This document shows, piece after piece, positions 1 through 11,363 of a stretch of DNA of 64,000 nt. The first letter of the stretch is position 1; every line of letters begins with the position of its first letter. Below the pieces are notes generated by a model. It did no database searches. It worked only from the letters and a program-made list of their open reading frames with translations, and was not told the origin of the DNA. The position numbers and the translations under genes are program-made. The stretch covers positions 62,001-126,000 of the forward strand of contig QPMI01000395.1 of the NCBI GenBank assembly GCA_004431415.1, in the 5' to 3' direction. This DNA is from Cyanophora paradoxa CCMP329. Lineage: Eukaryota > Plantae > Glaucophyta.

Positions 1-5
1 TATAG

Positions 6-2031
6 CTAAGAGGAGGGGTACTCCTCCACGATGCGGGCCGAGGGGAGGGTGCGGGCCACCAGCAGGCTCGTGTTCTTGTTCATCGCGGCCCTGAACTGGG
101 CGTCCCACAGGGGCGCCCTGATATGGACCTGCGGCGAGTCTAATCAGACTAGTTCGGATGGCTGAGCTTAGATTATTAAGCTTTTCATTAGCCGGGCGGA
201 CCTCGAGCTGGCCGGCGGGGCAGCCGGCGAAGGCGGCGAGCCCCTCCAGCAGCCCGCCTCCGGTGATGGCCTCTTGGCCGGCGAAGACCCGGAGGGCGAG
301 GCGGCGGGGCGGGGCGGCCGCCAGCGCCGCCGCGGCCGCCGCGGCCCAGGCCTTATCCGGGTACACCTCCATGGTGAGGTGGAGCCGCCCTTGGGCGAAG
401 CGCGCCAGCCGCCTCAGCCCCTCGAGCGCCGCCGGCGTCATCTTCGAGTCTGCCGTGCGGGTCAGAGGAGCAAGCAGGCAAGCGGGAGGGGGCGCGGCGC
501 GGCGAGCCGGGCCAAGCCAAGCCAAGCCGAGCCGAGCCTAGGCGAGGCGAGGCGAGGCGAGGCCATCGACTAGAAGTTCGGGATCGACGAAAAGTTCGGG
601 ATCGAAGAAAGATATCGGGGAGGGGCGGGGCGGGGCGGGGCGCACCCAGCGCGAGCTCGACGTTCCTTAGGGACATCGAGAGCCCGACGGGGTCCGCGAG
701 GTTCGGGATCGACCAAAAGTTCGGGATCGAAGAAAGGCGCACCGGAGGGACATCGAGAGCCCGACGGGGCCCGCGAGGCCCCGCAGGAAGACGGCGAGCG
801 CGTCGCCCTCGTGGCAGGCGCGCAGCTCCCCGAGGGTCCGGAGGGCGCGGCAGGCCGCCAGCGCGGCCAGGTCGGTAGGCTCCACCTCGGGGTACACCTG
901 CAGGGGGGGAGGAGGCCGGGGTAAGAGGTTCCTTCGGGCCGAGTGCGGGGACGGGGGGGCGGGCTCACGCCGAGGGGGCCGCGGAGGGTCTCGAGGGCGG
1001 CGAGGCGAGGGAGGGCCTGAAAAGCCTCGGGAGAGAGCTCGAACTCGCCCCTCGGCGCCCCGCCCTCCGCGAAGCCCAGCACGACCCTGCGCCCCCTGCG
1101 CTCGGCCGGGCGGGCGGGCGGGCGGGCGGAGGGGTACGCGCACTCTTTGACGGAGCGGGCGGCGGGGCCGGAGGCGAGGCCCTCGAGGAGGGGCCCGGCG
1201 TCGCCCCCGTCCTCGACGACCTTCGCCGTGAGGTGCTCGAGGGCTGGGAAAGCCCCGGCCCCGGAGGCCACCTCGTAGAGGTCCTCGCAGCAGACCTCCA
1301 GCTGCGCCCCGGCCCGCTGAGCCGAAGCCTGCAGCGGCAGCGAAGGGCGGGGGGGCGGACCCGCTTGAGGCGCGGGAGGCACAGGGCGAGCGCGTCGGCG
1401 GCGGGCCGGTCTGCGGGGCGGCAGAGGACGTCCAGGGAGAGGCTCTCGAGGTTCGGGAAGAGCACGGGGCGCGGGAGCTGCCCGATCCCGAGGGCGACCT
1501 CGTGGTCCTCGTAGTCCCCGCCGCCGCGCCGGAGCGCGAGGCTGCGGAGCGCGGGGCGGGCGGCGGCGCCCGGCGGCGCGAGGGCGCAGAGCAGGTCGCC
1601 GAGGTTGGCGCCCGCGCCCGCGCCCGCGGCCGATGAGCTGGGGCATGCGACGTCCGCCTCGCCCAGGCCGCCGCCGCCGCCGCCGCCGCTCGCCGCCGCG
1701 ACCGCCGAGACGAGCGAGAGCGTAGCCCGCCAGTCCCCGCCGCCACCACGCGCAGCGACGCGCCGGGGGCGACGCGGATCCACCGCCGGCCGCGGCCCGC
1801 GCCCGCGCCCGCTGCCGGATCGTCCACGGGCTCCTGGCCTCCGGCGCCAACCAGCTGGCCCGCGAACACGGCCGCGCTCGCTCGCTCGTCTGCGACGACG
1901 TCCAGCCGGCGCCAGAGCACCGCCCCCGCGGCGGCGCGCCAGCGGCGGGAGACCGCGCGGGCGATGGCGGCGCCCCGCAAGCCCAGGCGCTCGAGGATGT
2001 CCGCGATGACATCGACCGCAAGTCCGTCCAC
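6..2031 (-). CDS. F-box domain protein with LRR-like C-terminal region, multi-exon
   Basis: N-terminus MDGLAVDVIADILERLGLRGAAIARAVSRRWRAAAGAVLWRRL fits the F-box pattern. Later exons contain LRR-like segments (LFPNLESLSLD, AFPALEHLT, LPRLAALETL) separated by GT-AG introns. Last exon ends IVEEYPSS*, stop at 6-8. One frameshift lies in a G-run near 1735. Confidence 0.75.
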
Positions 2032-3048
2032 ATCGAACGGCGCCGGCGCTTCGGCTGTGCCTGGCTCGCCCGCGCGGCCGGTCAGAATGCCGCGCGCTCA
2101 CTGGTCCTTTGGGCTCGCGGCGAAGTTCGCGCACCTGAGGTCTCCATTTAGCGCTGTGCGTCCCGCCGGCTATGCAGCGAGCGCGGCGCCCTCGAAGTGG
2201 TGAGCTTGCTGCGAACGAAGTCCGCTTTGGCACCCCCTCCCCCCGGAGTTGGGCGCCTGCAGCTGGCGCCGCCCCTTTTAGGCGCCTGCAGCTGGCTCAC
2301 CTTCCCGCCAGGCCGGATAGCTATAGGGGCGCTGCGACGGCCCTGGTCCGACGGTACCCAGATATCGATATCATGCCGGCGCGCCGCGGCTTCAACCTTC
2401 CTCCGGATATCGATCCAGATCCAGGCGTACGCGTGGGATCCTCGAAGGGCGTAAAGGCGGCGAGCCTACGTCTCCGGCTCCTCGCCCGCCTTCGATCCGG
2501 GTTCAACTTGGCAACAAGCTCAAGCCTTCATTATTACTAATTATATAAGTCAATATTCGCCCCCGGGCCCGGCCCCCGCCGCTGGGCCTAGGCCTGCAGC
2601 TGGCCGCCCGGCGGCCGCGGCGCAGCTTCCGTAGTTCACCCCCCTCTAGATCTCTCGGAACAGCTTCTCCGAGGCTCGTATGAGGCATGAGCTCGAGGCA
2701 TGAGCCCAAATGCAAAGGCTGCGATATCGATAGCAAGCCCCTTCATGATCATGCCGCCTGCGAAATTAAATCTGAAAAATTATTAGCGAAGACACTTGTT
2801 CGCGAAAATCAGTGAGAAGATCGAAGATCGAGATGTAGACTCGCTGCGTTATATTTATAGCCGCTAATATATAAGCCGCGCGCCCCTCGGCACTTGCAAT
2901 TGCGAATCCATATCCGCCGCCCGCCGCCCCATCACGAGCTTGAGAGGAGCATTGTCAGCTCTCTGTATTGCGGTCGTATGTACAGATTAAGAAAGGCAAT
3001 CGATCGCTAACCTCGAATTTAGATCTTGAGCACTGAAATTCAAAGCAC

Positions 3049-3648
3049 CTACTTTCCTGCACTCTGATCGCTGCAGCTGGCCTTGCTAGCGCTGTTCTTC
3101 CTGCGCTTGGTCGGTTTCTCTTGCTGCCCTTGCCGCTCCATCATCTCGTCCCACCGCCCGCTGTCTCTGAACTCCCGCCGCAGCTCGCAGGGCAGGCTGT
3201 GGTACAAATCCTCCTCCTCCGCATCCGATGGCATGTCGTCCAGCTCGCCGCTAGAGGCGAGCTCGAATCGCGACTTGGCGTCCAGGGAATAGAAGAAGTC
3301 CCATTTGCTGATCTTGCGTGACGTCTTCGTTGTGGACTTGGGCGGCGGCGCTCCAGCTGCGACAGCGGCCGCAGAATCTGCAGCTGGGTTGAGAGGGCGC
3401 CGCGCGCGCTGATAATGACGTCGACTTGATTTCGCGCGGCGACCGCGGCACCGATTAGCGCAAGCGCTTTTATTAGCGCACCGGCGCCGCTTTCGCTGTC
3501 GCGAGTGGATGCCGTGCGCGTGGTCTTGATCGCGCCCGCCCCCGGCGCTGCGCGGCACGTAAATGCGAGCATTTGATATTAATGCAGATGCGCGCCGCGC
3601 CGACTCGCCTGACTCGCGATTGCCTACTTCCGCGCCACGCTTGTCCAT
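3049..3648 (-). CDS. Small hypothetical protein, probably 3 exons
   Basis: Protein-like acidic last exon (KWDFFYSLDAKSRFELASSGELDDMPSDAEEEDLYHSLPCELRREF) ending in a basic KPTKRRK patch; plausible splice sites. No recognised family. Confidence 0.4.
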   Translation of the reverse strand: MDKRGAEVGNRESGESARRASALISNARIYVPRSAGGGRDQDHAHGIHSRQRKRRRCANKSACANRCRGRRAKSSRRHYQRARRPLNPAADSAAAVAAGAPPPKSTTKTSRKISKWDFFYSLDAKSRFELASSGELDDMPSDAEEEDLYHSLPCELRREFRDSGRWDEMMERQGQQEKPTKRRKNSASKASCSDQSAGK

Positions 3649-4724
3649 TGCTTCCAGTGCTAGCTATAGCCTACAGCTCGAGCTCGCAAGGTTTTATTGC
3701 AGGGCTGATCGAAACTGGGACGATCGATATCGAGCTCCACAGCTCGCGAAAAAAAGTCGGTCCCCGCAATTCGACTTGGCTGGGACTCGACTTGGGACTC
3801 GAATAATTCTGGCCTACAAAAGTTAAAACACCCGGGGTAGACGTACGCGACTCGGCGAAGCGCGCGACCAGCACGCACCGCAGCTTCCGCACGCAGCAGA
3901 GAGCGCCGCAGCTAGCCTCCAGGTTGCATATGGAGCAGGAACGGACGCCTTCGGGCGCCGCCGCGACGAAAACTAGCCCTGCGATCGCCTTCAAGGAAAG
4001 CGTGCGCGAAAACCAGCCCTACGATTCTCAAAGTGCTCCCTATAAAGTTTAGATAGCCAAGCGCTCTAGCTCTGTGCTTGATGGCAGCCTTCGCTCCGTC
4101 AGCTGCGCGAAATGGCCGTCGCGTTTGTGCAGGGCCCCCCATCTGAGAAGGTTCCGGGCTCGAACGCGGGCGACCTCCAGTAGCTCCAGTTCGTCTCAGA
4201 GGAAGCTTACAGTGCGCCAGGTGTGATCTTTCTTGCATCTGGGCTCGCCCCGACCCGCGCGCGCTGACTACAGCCGCAGCCCGCGGCCCGACGAGAGCCG
4301 GTTCGCCAAGATGGCGCAGGATCGCTCATAGCTAAGCTATACATCACGAATAGGTGCGTGGCGAAGCGCCGCGCTGCCGCGCCCGCGAGCTCCGCGTTCG
4401 CACACTCCGCGCCGGCGCCCTAGGCCTGATCGGATCCGCCGGCGCCTGTCGCAGGCACCGAGCGCCGTGGAGGCATGCTTCTTTCGCTCAGACCCGCTTC
4501 GTGTCCCACCGCGCCCAGGCAGACGCGCGCTCGTGTGCAATCAAGCTTAAGCATATCATGCGGCCGCGGTTCCAGATGGCATGGCTGCAACGGCGGGGCG
4601 ATGCGGGTTGAGACGTCTAGGGCCATGAGGCACATCTAGAGCACGCGCAGAGCGCGCGTACGGGCGGCGGCACGCACCCCCGCCGCCAGCGGCACCTGCT
4701 CCAGTGGGTGGGTGGCACCTGGGA

Positions 4725-5205
4725 GATTTGATTTCGCTGCTTACTTCGAGGGCCGCCGGGCCGCCGCTAACGCAGATCGATGCACACCTCAAAAGAGCAT
4801 GCCAGTGTGCAGTTGAAGCGCGGCCCCCGGGGGTGCATCCACAGCGAAGATCGCCTGCTCCTTCAGAAGGCTTGGGGTGGGGGCACCTGCAGCTGCGCGA
4901 TCTAATTTCGCTCTAGACCGCGAGGGTTCGCTGGACCACCGCTAACGCAGATCGATGCACATCTTGAAAGAGCATGTGCGGTTGAAGCGCGGCTCCGGCG
5001 CGTGCATCTGCAGCGGGAATCGCCTGCTCCTCCAGAAGGCGTGATCATGATCATGAGGGGGGGGGCCTTTGCGATCTAATTTCGCTCCCGGCCGCGGGGG
5101 TTCGCTTGGCCACCGCTAACGCAGATCGATGCGAGCCTTGATAGAGCGTGTGCTGATGCATCGCGGCCCCCGGCGGTGCATCCTCAGCGGAGATCGCCTG
5201 CTCAC
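4725..5205. repeat. Three diverged ~173-bp direct repeats inside the transposon (also ~8610-9090)
   Basis: Core CCGCTAACGCAGATCGATGC...ATCGCCTGCTC recurs at ~4765, ~4939 and ~5113. Confidence 0.85.
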
Positions 5206-5830
5206 AGTCAGTGAGCTAGTGAGTTCCTGGGCGACTGGCTGGCCTCAGCTGGCCGCTCTTCAAGCCAGAATCATTATCACATGTATTTATGTCACTACAC
5301 CAAGATCCAGGGTGATCCGAAGTGTTTTTGGGCCGGACCGATGTTTTGAACTTTACTCGTAGGACCCTCTCTGGAACTTTTCAGTTTTCAAGTTTCAAGA
5401 TGCCTCCCCGACCTGCTCATGATGCCTTATTGAAGCATCGACTCACTCAGTAGCGGCGATTTCACGCCCCGGGGTTTTCGAGGGTGCTGAAGACGGTGGT
5501 GGTGGTACCGAAGGCCGCCGATTAAAGCCTGGACCGGCATTCAAGATCCGCTGCAATCTGCGGCCCCACCTGGCCCCAGGACGATTCTCGCCCGCCCGGT
5601 CGCATCTAGCGCCTGGGACGCGAGATATACATCATTTAGATGCATTAACAGCTTCATACATGCTTAACAAAGCGCTCGCCGGCCCAGACGGCGCAGGCGG
5701 GGCGCCGGCGGGTTTCTCGAGAATTACGAACTCACTATCAAGATCTCAGAACGCTGGCGAGCTACTGGCGCTCTACCGTCGGAGCGTTGAACAGAGAGAG
5801 CAGGCGGGACGGAGAGGCCCTGAGAAGAAG

Positions 5831-6940
5831 GCGCCCCGGCGCCGCCCGCGGCCCTGCTCGCGCCCCGAGACCCGCCGCCGCGCGTCGGCCTGGTCTCCGC
5901 CGCCCGCCGGGCCCGCCCCGCCGCCCCGAAGCCGCAGGCCTGCGCCCCGTCGTCCGCAGCGCCCCGGCGTCGCCCGCGGCCCCTGCTCGCGCACCGAGAC
6001 CCGCCGCCGCGCGTCGGCCTGGCCTCCGCCGCCCGCCGTGGCCCGCCCGCCGCTCCCGAAGCCGCAGGCCTGTGCCCCGGCGTCAGCTGCGCCCCGGCGT
6101 CGCCCGCGGCCCCTGCTCGCGCACCGAGACCCGCCGCCGCGCGTCGGCCTGGCCTCCGCCGCCCGCCGTGGCCCGCCCCGCCGCCCCCGAAGCCGCAGGC
6201 CTGCGCCCCGTCGTCCGCAGCGCCCCGGCGTCGCCCGCGGCCCTGCTCGCGCACCGAGACCCGCCGCCGCGCGTCGGCCTGGCCTCCGCCGCCCGCCAGG
6301 GTCCGCCCCGCCGCCCCGAAGCCGCAGGCCTGCGCCCCGTCGTCCGCAGCGCCCCGGCGTCGCCCGCGGCCCCTGCTCGCGCACCGAGACCCGCCGCCGC
6401 GCGTCGGCCTGGCCTCCGCCGCCCGCCAGGGCCCGCCCGCCGCCCCGAAGCCGCAGGCCTGCGCCCCGTCGTCAGCTGCGCCCGGCGCCGCCCGCGGCCC
6501 TGCTCGCGCACCGAGACCCGCTGCCGCGCGTCGGCCTGGCCTCCGCCGCCCGCCAGGGCCCGCCCCGCCGCCCCGAAGCCGCAGGCCTGCGCCCCGTCGT
6601 CCGCAGCGCCCCGGCGTCGCCCGCGGCCCCTGCTCGCGCACCGAGACCCGCCGCCGCGCGTCGGCCTGGCCTCCGCCGCCCGCCGTGGCCCGCCCGCCGC
6701 TCCCGAAGCCGCAGGCCTGTGCCCCGGCGTCAGCTGCGCCCCGGCGTCGCCCGCGGCCCCTGCTCGCGCACCGAGACCCGCCGCCGCGCGTCGGCCTGGC
6801 CTCCGCCGCCCGCCAGGGCTCGTCCCGTCGCGCCCGAAGCCGCAGGCCTGCGCACAGTCGTCCGCAGCGCCCCGGCGTTGCCCGCGTCCGTCGCGCCCTG
6901 CTCGAGCACCGAGACACGCCGCCACGCGTCGGCCCGGCTC
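5831..6940. repeat. GC-rich ~130-bp minisatellite, about 8.5 units
   Basis: CTGCTCGCGCACCGAGACCCGCCGCC... recurs at ~5854, 5983, 6114, 6243, 6373, 6500, 6630, 6760 and 6898. Confidence 0.95.
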
Positions 6941-7622
6941 GGACGCGCGGACCGCAGATCTAGAGCCGCATGGTGGCTACTACAGGTGCAGTAGCTACTA
7001 CAGGTGCATGCAGTGGCTACTACGGGAGTGTCAGCCTGCGTGTTTGTCAGCGACAGGGGCGCAACGGGCCCGGGCGCAGGGCGTTATCCGGGACCGCACC
7101 ACGCACTTCGCACCAAGAGCGCACCACGAGCCGTAGCTGATCATGAGTGCGTCGTGCTCGCTGCAGCTGCGGGCGTCGTGCGTCGGCCGCTCTGCGGCAG
7201 AACGAAGGCTAGGCCACAGTACGCCCGGACGCATCCAAACTATACTGCCTGGCTGTCTTCGATCCTCGGGCCTACGCAATGCTGATGTGGGCGCTGGTGT
7301 CAAGAGGCGTGCTGTGTGTTGAACTTCTCCTCTGTGCCAGCGACCGGCATTTCTCCTCGATCTCGTTAAAACTACTGATAGAAAGAAATAAGCTCTATAA
7401 GAATGCATATATATGCCATATATATGAAAAGGTTTAATTGACTGGCGTAGGGATTTTCCAAGTCGACTTGCCCCCCCCCCCTGTCATACAAACCGAGTTG
7501 TGGGGACCGACTTTTTTTCGCGAGCTGTGCTCTTCCCTCCCAGTCTCTAATTATAATTTATAACGTCCTGGCTTCTCTCCCCCCGTTTCCCTCCGGATCA
7601 CTCGGACCGAGGCTCGAGTCTC

Positions 7623-10600
7623 CACAGCTCGCGAAAAAAAGTCGGTCCCCGCAATTCGACTTGGCTGGGACTCGACTTGGGACTCGAATAATTCTGGCCT
7701 ACAAAAGTTAAAACACCCGGGGTAGACGTACGCGACTCGGCGAAGCGCGCGACCAGCACGCACCGCAGCTTCCGCACGCAGCAGAGAGCGCCGCAGCTAG
7801 CCTCCAGGTTGCATATGGAGCAGGAACGGACGCCTTCGGGCGCCGCCGCGACGAAAACTAGCCCTGCGATCGCCTTCAAGGAAAGCGTGCGCGAAAACCA
7901 GCCCTACGATTCTCAAAGTGCTCCCTATAAAGTTTAGATAGCCAAGCGCTCTAGCTCTGTGCTTGATGGCAGCCTTCGCTCCGTCAGCTGCGCGAAATGG
8001 CCGTCGCGTTTGTGCAGGGCCCCCCATCTGAGAAGGTTCCGGGCTCGAACGCGGGCGACCTCCAGTAGCTCCAGTTCGTCTCAGAGGAAGCTTACAGTGC
8101 GCCAGGTGTGATCTTTCTTGCATCTGGGCTCGCCCCCGACCCGCGCGCGCTGACTACAGCCGCAGCCCGCGGCCCGACGAGAGCCGGTTCGCCAAGATGG
8201 CGCAGGATCGCTCATAGCTAAGCTATACATCACGAATAGGTGCGTGGCGAAGCGCCGCGCTGCCGCGCCCGCGAGCTCCGCGTTCGCACACTCCGCGCCG
8301 GCGCCCTAGGCCTGATCGGATCCGCCGGCGCCTGTCGCAGGCACCGAGCGCCGTGGAGGCATGCTTCTTTCGCTCAGACCCGCTTCGTGTCCCACCGCGC
8401 CCAGGCAGACGCGCGCTCGTGTGCAATCAAGCTTAAGCATATCATGCGGCCGCGGTTCCAGATGGCATGGCTGCAACGGCGGGGCGATGCGGGTTGAGAC
8501 GTCTAGGGCCATGAGGCACATCTAGAGCACGCGCAGAGCGCGCGTACGGGCGGCGGCACGCACCCCCGCCGCCAGCGGCACCTGCTCCTGGGTGGGTGGC
8601 ACCTGGGAGATTTGATTTCGCTGCTTACTTCGAGGGCCGCCGGGCCGCCGCTAACGCAGATCGATGCACACCTCAAAAGAGCATGCCAGTGTGCAGTTGA
8701 AGCGCGGCCCCCGGGGGTGCATCCACAGCGAAGATCGCCTGCTCCTTCAGAAGGCTTGGGGTGGGGGCACCTGCAGCTGCGCGATCTAATTTCGCTCTAG
8801 ACCGCGAGGGTTCGCTGGACCACCGCTAACGCAGATCGATGCACATCTTGAAAGAGCATGTGCGGTTGAAGCGCGGCTCCGGCGCGTGCATCTGCAGCGG
8901 GAATCGCCTGCTCCTCCAGAAGGCGTGATCATGATCATGAGGGGGGGGGCCTTTGCGATCTAATTTCGCTCCCGGCCGCGGGGGTTCGCTTGGCCACCGC
9001 TAACGCAGATCGATGCGAGCCTTGATAGAGCGTGTGCTGATGCATCGCGGCCCCCGGCGGTGCATCCTCAGCGGAGATCGCCTGCTCACAGTCAGTGAGC
9101 TAGTGAGTTCCTGGGCGACTGGCTGGCCTCAGCTGGCCGCTCTTCAAGCCAGAATCATTATCACATGTATTTATGTCACTACACCAAGATCCAGGGTGAT
9201 CCGAAGTGTTTTTGGGCCGGACCGATGTTTTGAACTTTACTCGTAGGACCCTCTCTGGAACTTTTCAGTTTTCAAGTTTCAAGATGCCTCCCCGACCTGC
9301 TCATGATGCCTTATTGAAGCATCGACTCACTCAGTAGCGGCGATTTCACGCCCCCGGGGGTTTTCGAGGGTGCTGAAGACGGTGGTGGTGGTACCGAAGG
9401 CCGCCGATTAAAGCCTGGACCGGCATTCAAGATCCGCTGCAATCTGCGGCCCCACCTGGCCCCAGGACGATTCTCGCCCGCCCGGTCGCATCTAGCGCCT
9501 GGGACGCGAGATATACATCATTTAGATGCATTAACAGCTTCAAACATGCTTAACAAAGCGCTCGCCGGCCCAGACGGCGCAGGCGGGGCGCCGGCGGGTT
9601 TCTCGAGAATTACGAACTCACTATCAAGATCTCAGAACGCTGGCGAGCTACTGGCGCTCTACCGTCGGAGCGTTGAACAGAGAGAGCAGGCGGGACGGAG
9701 AGGCCCTGAGAAGAAGGCGCCCGGCGCCGCCCGCGGCCCTGCTCGCGCCCCGAGACCCGCCGCCGCGCGTCGGCCTGGTCTCCGCCGCCCGCCGGGGCCC
9801 GCCCCGCCGCCCCGAAGCCGCAGGCCTGCGCCCCGTCGTCCGCAGCGCCCCGGCGTCGCCCGCGGCCCTGCTCGCGCACCGAGACCCGCCGCCGCGCGTC
9901 GGCCTGGCCTCCGCCGCCCGCCGTGGCCCGCCCCGCCGCTCCCGAAGCCGCAGGCCTGTGCCCCGGCGTCAGCTGCGCCCCGGCGTCGCCCGCGGCCCCT
10001 GCTCGCGCACCGAGACCCGCCGCCGCGCGTCGGCCTGGCCTCCGCCGCCCGCCAGGGCCCGCCCCGCCGCCCCGAAGCCGCAGGCCTGCGCCCCGTCGTC
10101 AGCTGCGCCCCGGCGCCGCCCGCGGCCCTGCTCGCGCACCGAGACCCGCTGCCGCGCGTCGGCCTGGCCTCCGCCGCCCGCCAGGGCCCGCCCCGCCGCC
10201 CCGAAGCCGCAGGCCTGCGCCCCGTCGTCCGCAGCGCCCCGGCGTCGCCCGCGGCCCCTGCTCGCGCACCGAGACCCGCCGCCGCGCGTCGGCCTGGCCT
10301 CCGCCGCCCGCCGTGGCCCGCCCCGCCGCTCCCGAAGCCGCAGGCCTGTGCCCCGGCGTCAGCTGCGCCCCGGCGTCGCCCGCGGCCCTGCTCGCGCACC
10401 GAGACCCGCCGCCGCGCGTCGGCCTGGCCTCCGCCGCCCGCCAGGGCTCGTCCCGTCGCGCCCGAAGCCGCAGGCCTGCGCACAGTCGTCCGCAGCGCCC
10501 CGGCGTTGCCCGCGTCCGTCGCGCCCTGCTCGAGCACCGAGACACGCCGCCACGCGTCGGCCCCGGCTCGGACGCGCGGACCGCAGATCTAGAGCCGCAT

Positions 10601-11158
10601 GGTGGCTACTACAGGTGCAGTAGCTACTACAGGTGCATGCAGTGGCTACTACGGGAGTGTCAGCCTGCGTGTTTGTCAGCGACAGGGGCGCAACGGGCCC
10701 GGGCGCAGGGCGTTATCCGGGACCGCACCACGCACTTCGCACCAAGAGCGCACCACGAGCCGTAGCTGATCATGAGTGCGTCGTGCTCGCTGCAGCTGCG
10801 GGCGTCGTGCGTCGGCCGCTCTGCGGCAGAACGAAGGCTAGGCCACAGTACGCCCGGACGCATCCAAACTATACTGCCTGGCTGTCTTCGATCCTCGGGC
10901 CTACGCAATGCTGATGTGGGCGCTGGTGTCAAGAGGCGTGCTGTGTGTTGAACTTCTCCTCTGTGCCAGCGACCGGCATTTCTCCTCGATCTCGTTAAAA
11001 CTACTGATAGAAAGAAATAAGCTCTATAAGAATGCATATATATGCCATATATATGAAAAGGTTTAATTGACTGGCGTAGGGATTTTCCAAGTCGACTTGC
11101 CCCCCCCCCCTGTCATACAAACCGAGTTGTGGGGACCGACTTTTTTTCGCGAGCTGTG
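7623..11158. mobile_element. Non-autonomous CACTA/EnSpm-like transposon, copy 2 (3536 bp)
   Basis: Same TIRs and near-identical interior as copy 1; TC on both flanks (7621-7622, 11159-11160); two fewer minisatellite units. Confidence 0.85.
9717..10570. repeat. GC-rich ~130-bp minisatellite, about 6.5 units
   Basis: Same unit as 5831-6940, recurring at ~9739, 9868, 9998, 10128, 10258, 10388 and 10526. Confidence 0.95.
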
Positions 11159-11363
11159 TCTAGGTATACGTATGCGTAGATCGCACGGATCTATAGCTAG
11201 ATCTCTCCTCGATCGATATCGCACATCCTTTTCCTCTCTTTCATTTCCCCTCTCTCTGGATCTCTCAATTATCCGGTCAGGATTATCCGCGAGTTTCCTC
11301 CCTTCCCGAGTCCTCAAGCTTAGGCTCTCCGCGAATTCGAAACGTCGAAATCCGCTCGCAGCG

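Larger units (their letters stand above)
3738..7529. mobile_element. Non-autonomous CACTA/EnSpm (CMC)-like DNA transposon, copy 1 (3792 bp)
   Basis: Perfect 28-bp TIR CACAGCTCGCGAAAAAAAGTCGGTCCCC at both ends; CTC duplicated on both flanks (3735-3737, 7530-7532). No transposase recognised. Confidence 0.85.

Noticed and set aside
3738-3775. RSS-like or Transib/ProtoRAG end (CACAG followed by an A-tract)
   Set aside because: No 12/23 spacing to a nonamer, and the TSD is 2-3 bp rather than 5 bp.
5831-6940. CRISPR-like array
   Set aside because: Units are contiguous tandem repeats with no unique spacers; no cas genes; eukaryotic context.
5660-10765. Long Arg/Pro/Ala-rich ORFs in all frames over the minisatellites
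   Set aside because: Stop-free because of extreme GC content; frames differ between the two copies; no domain signal.
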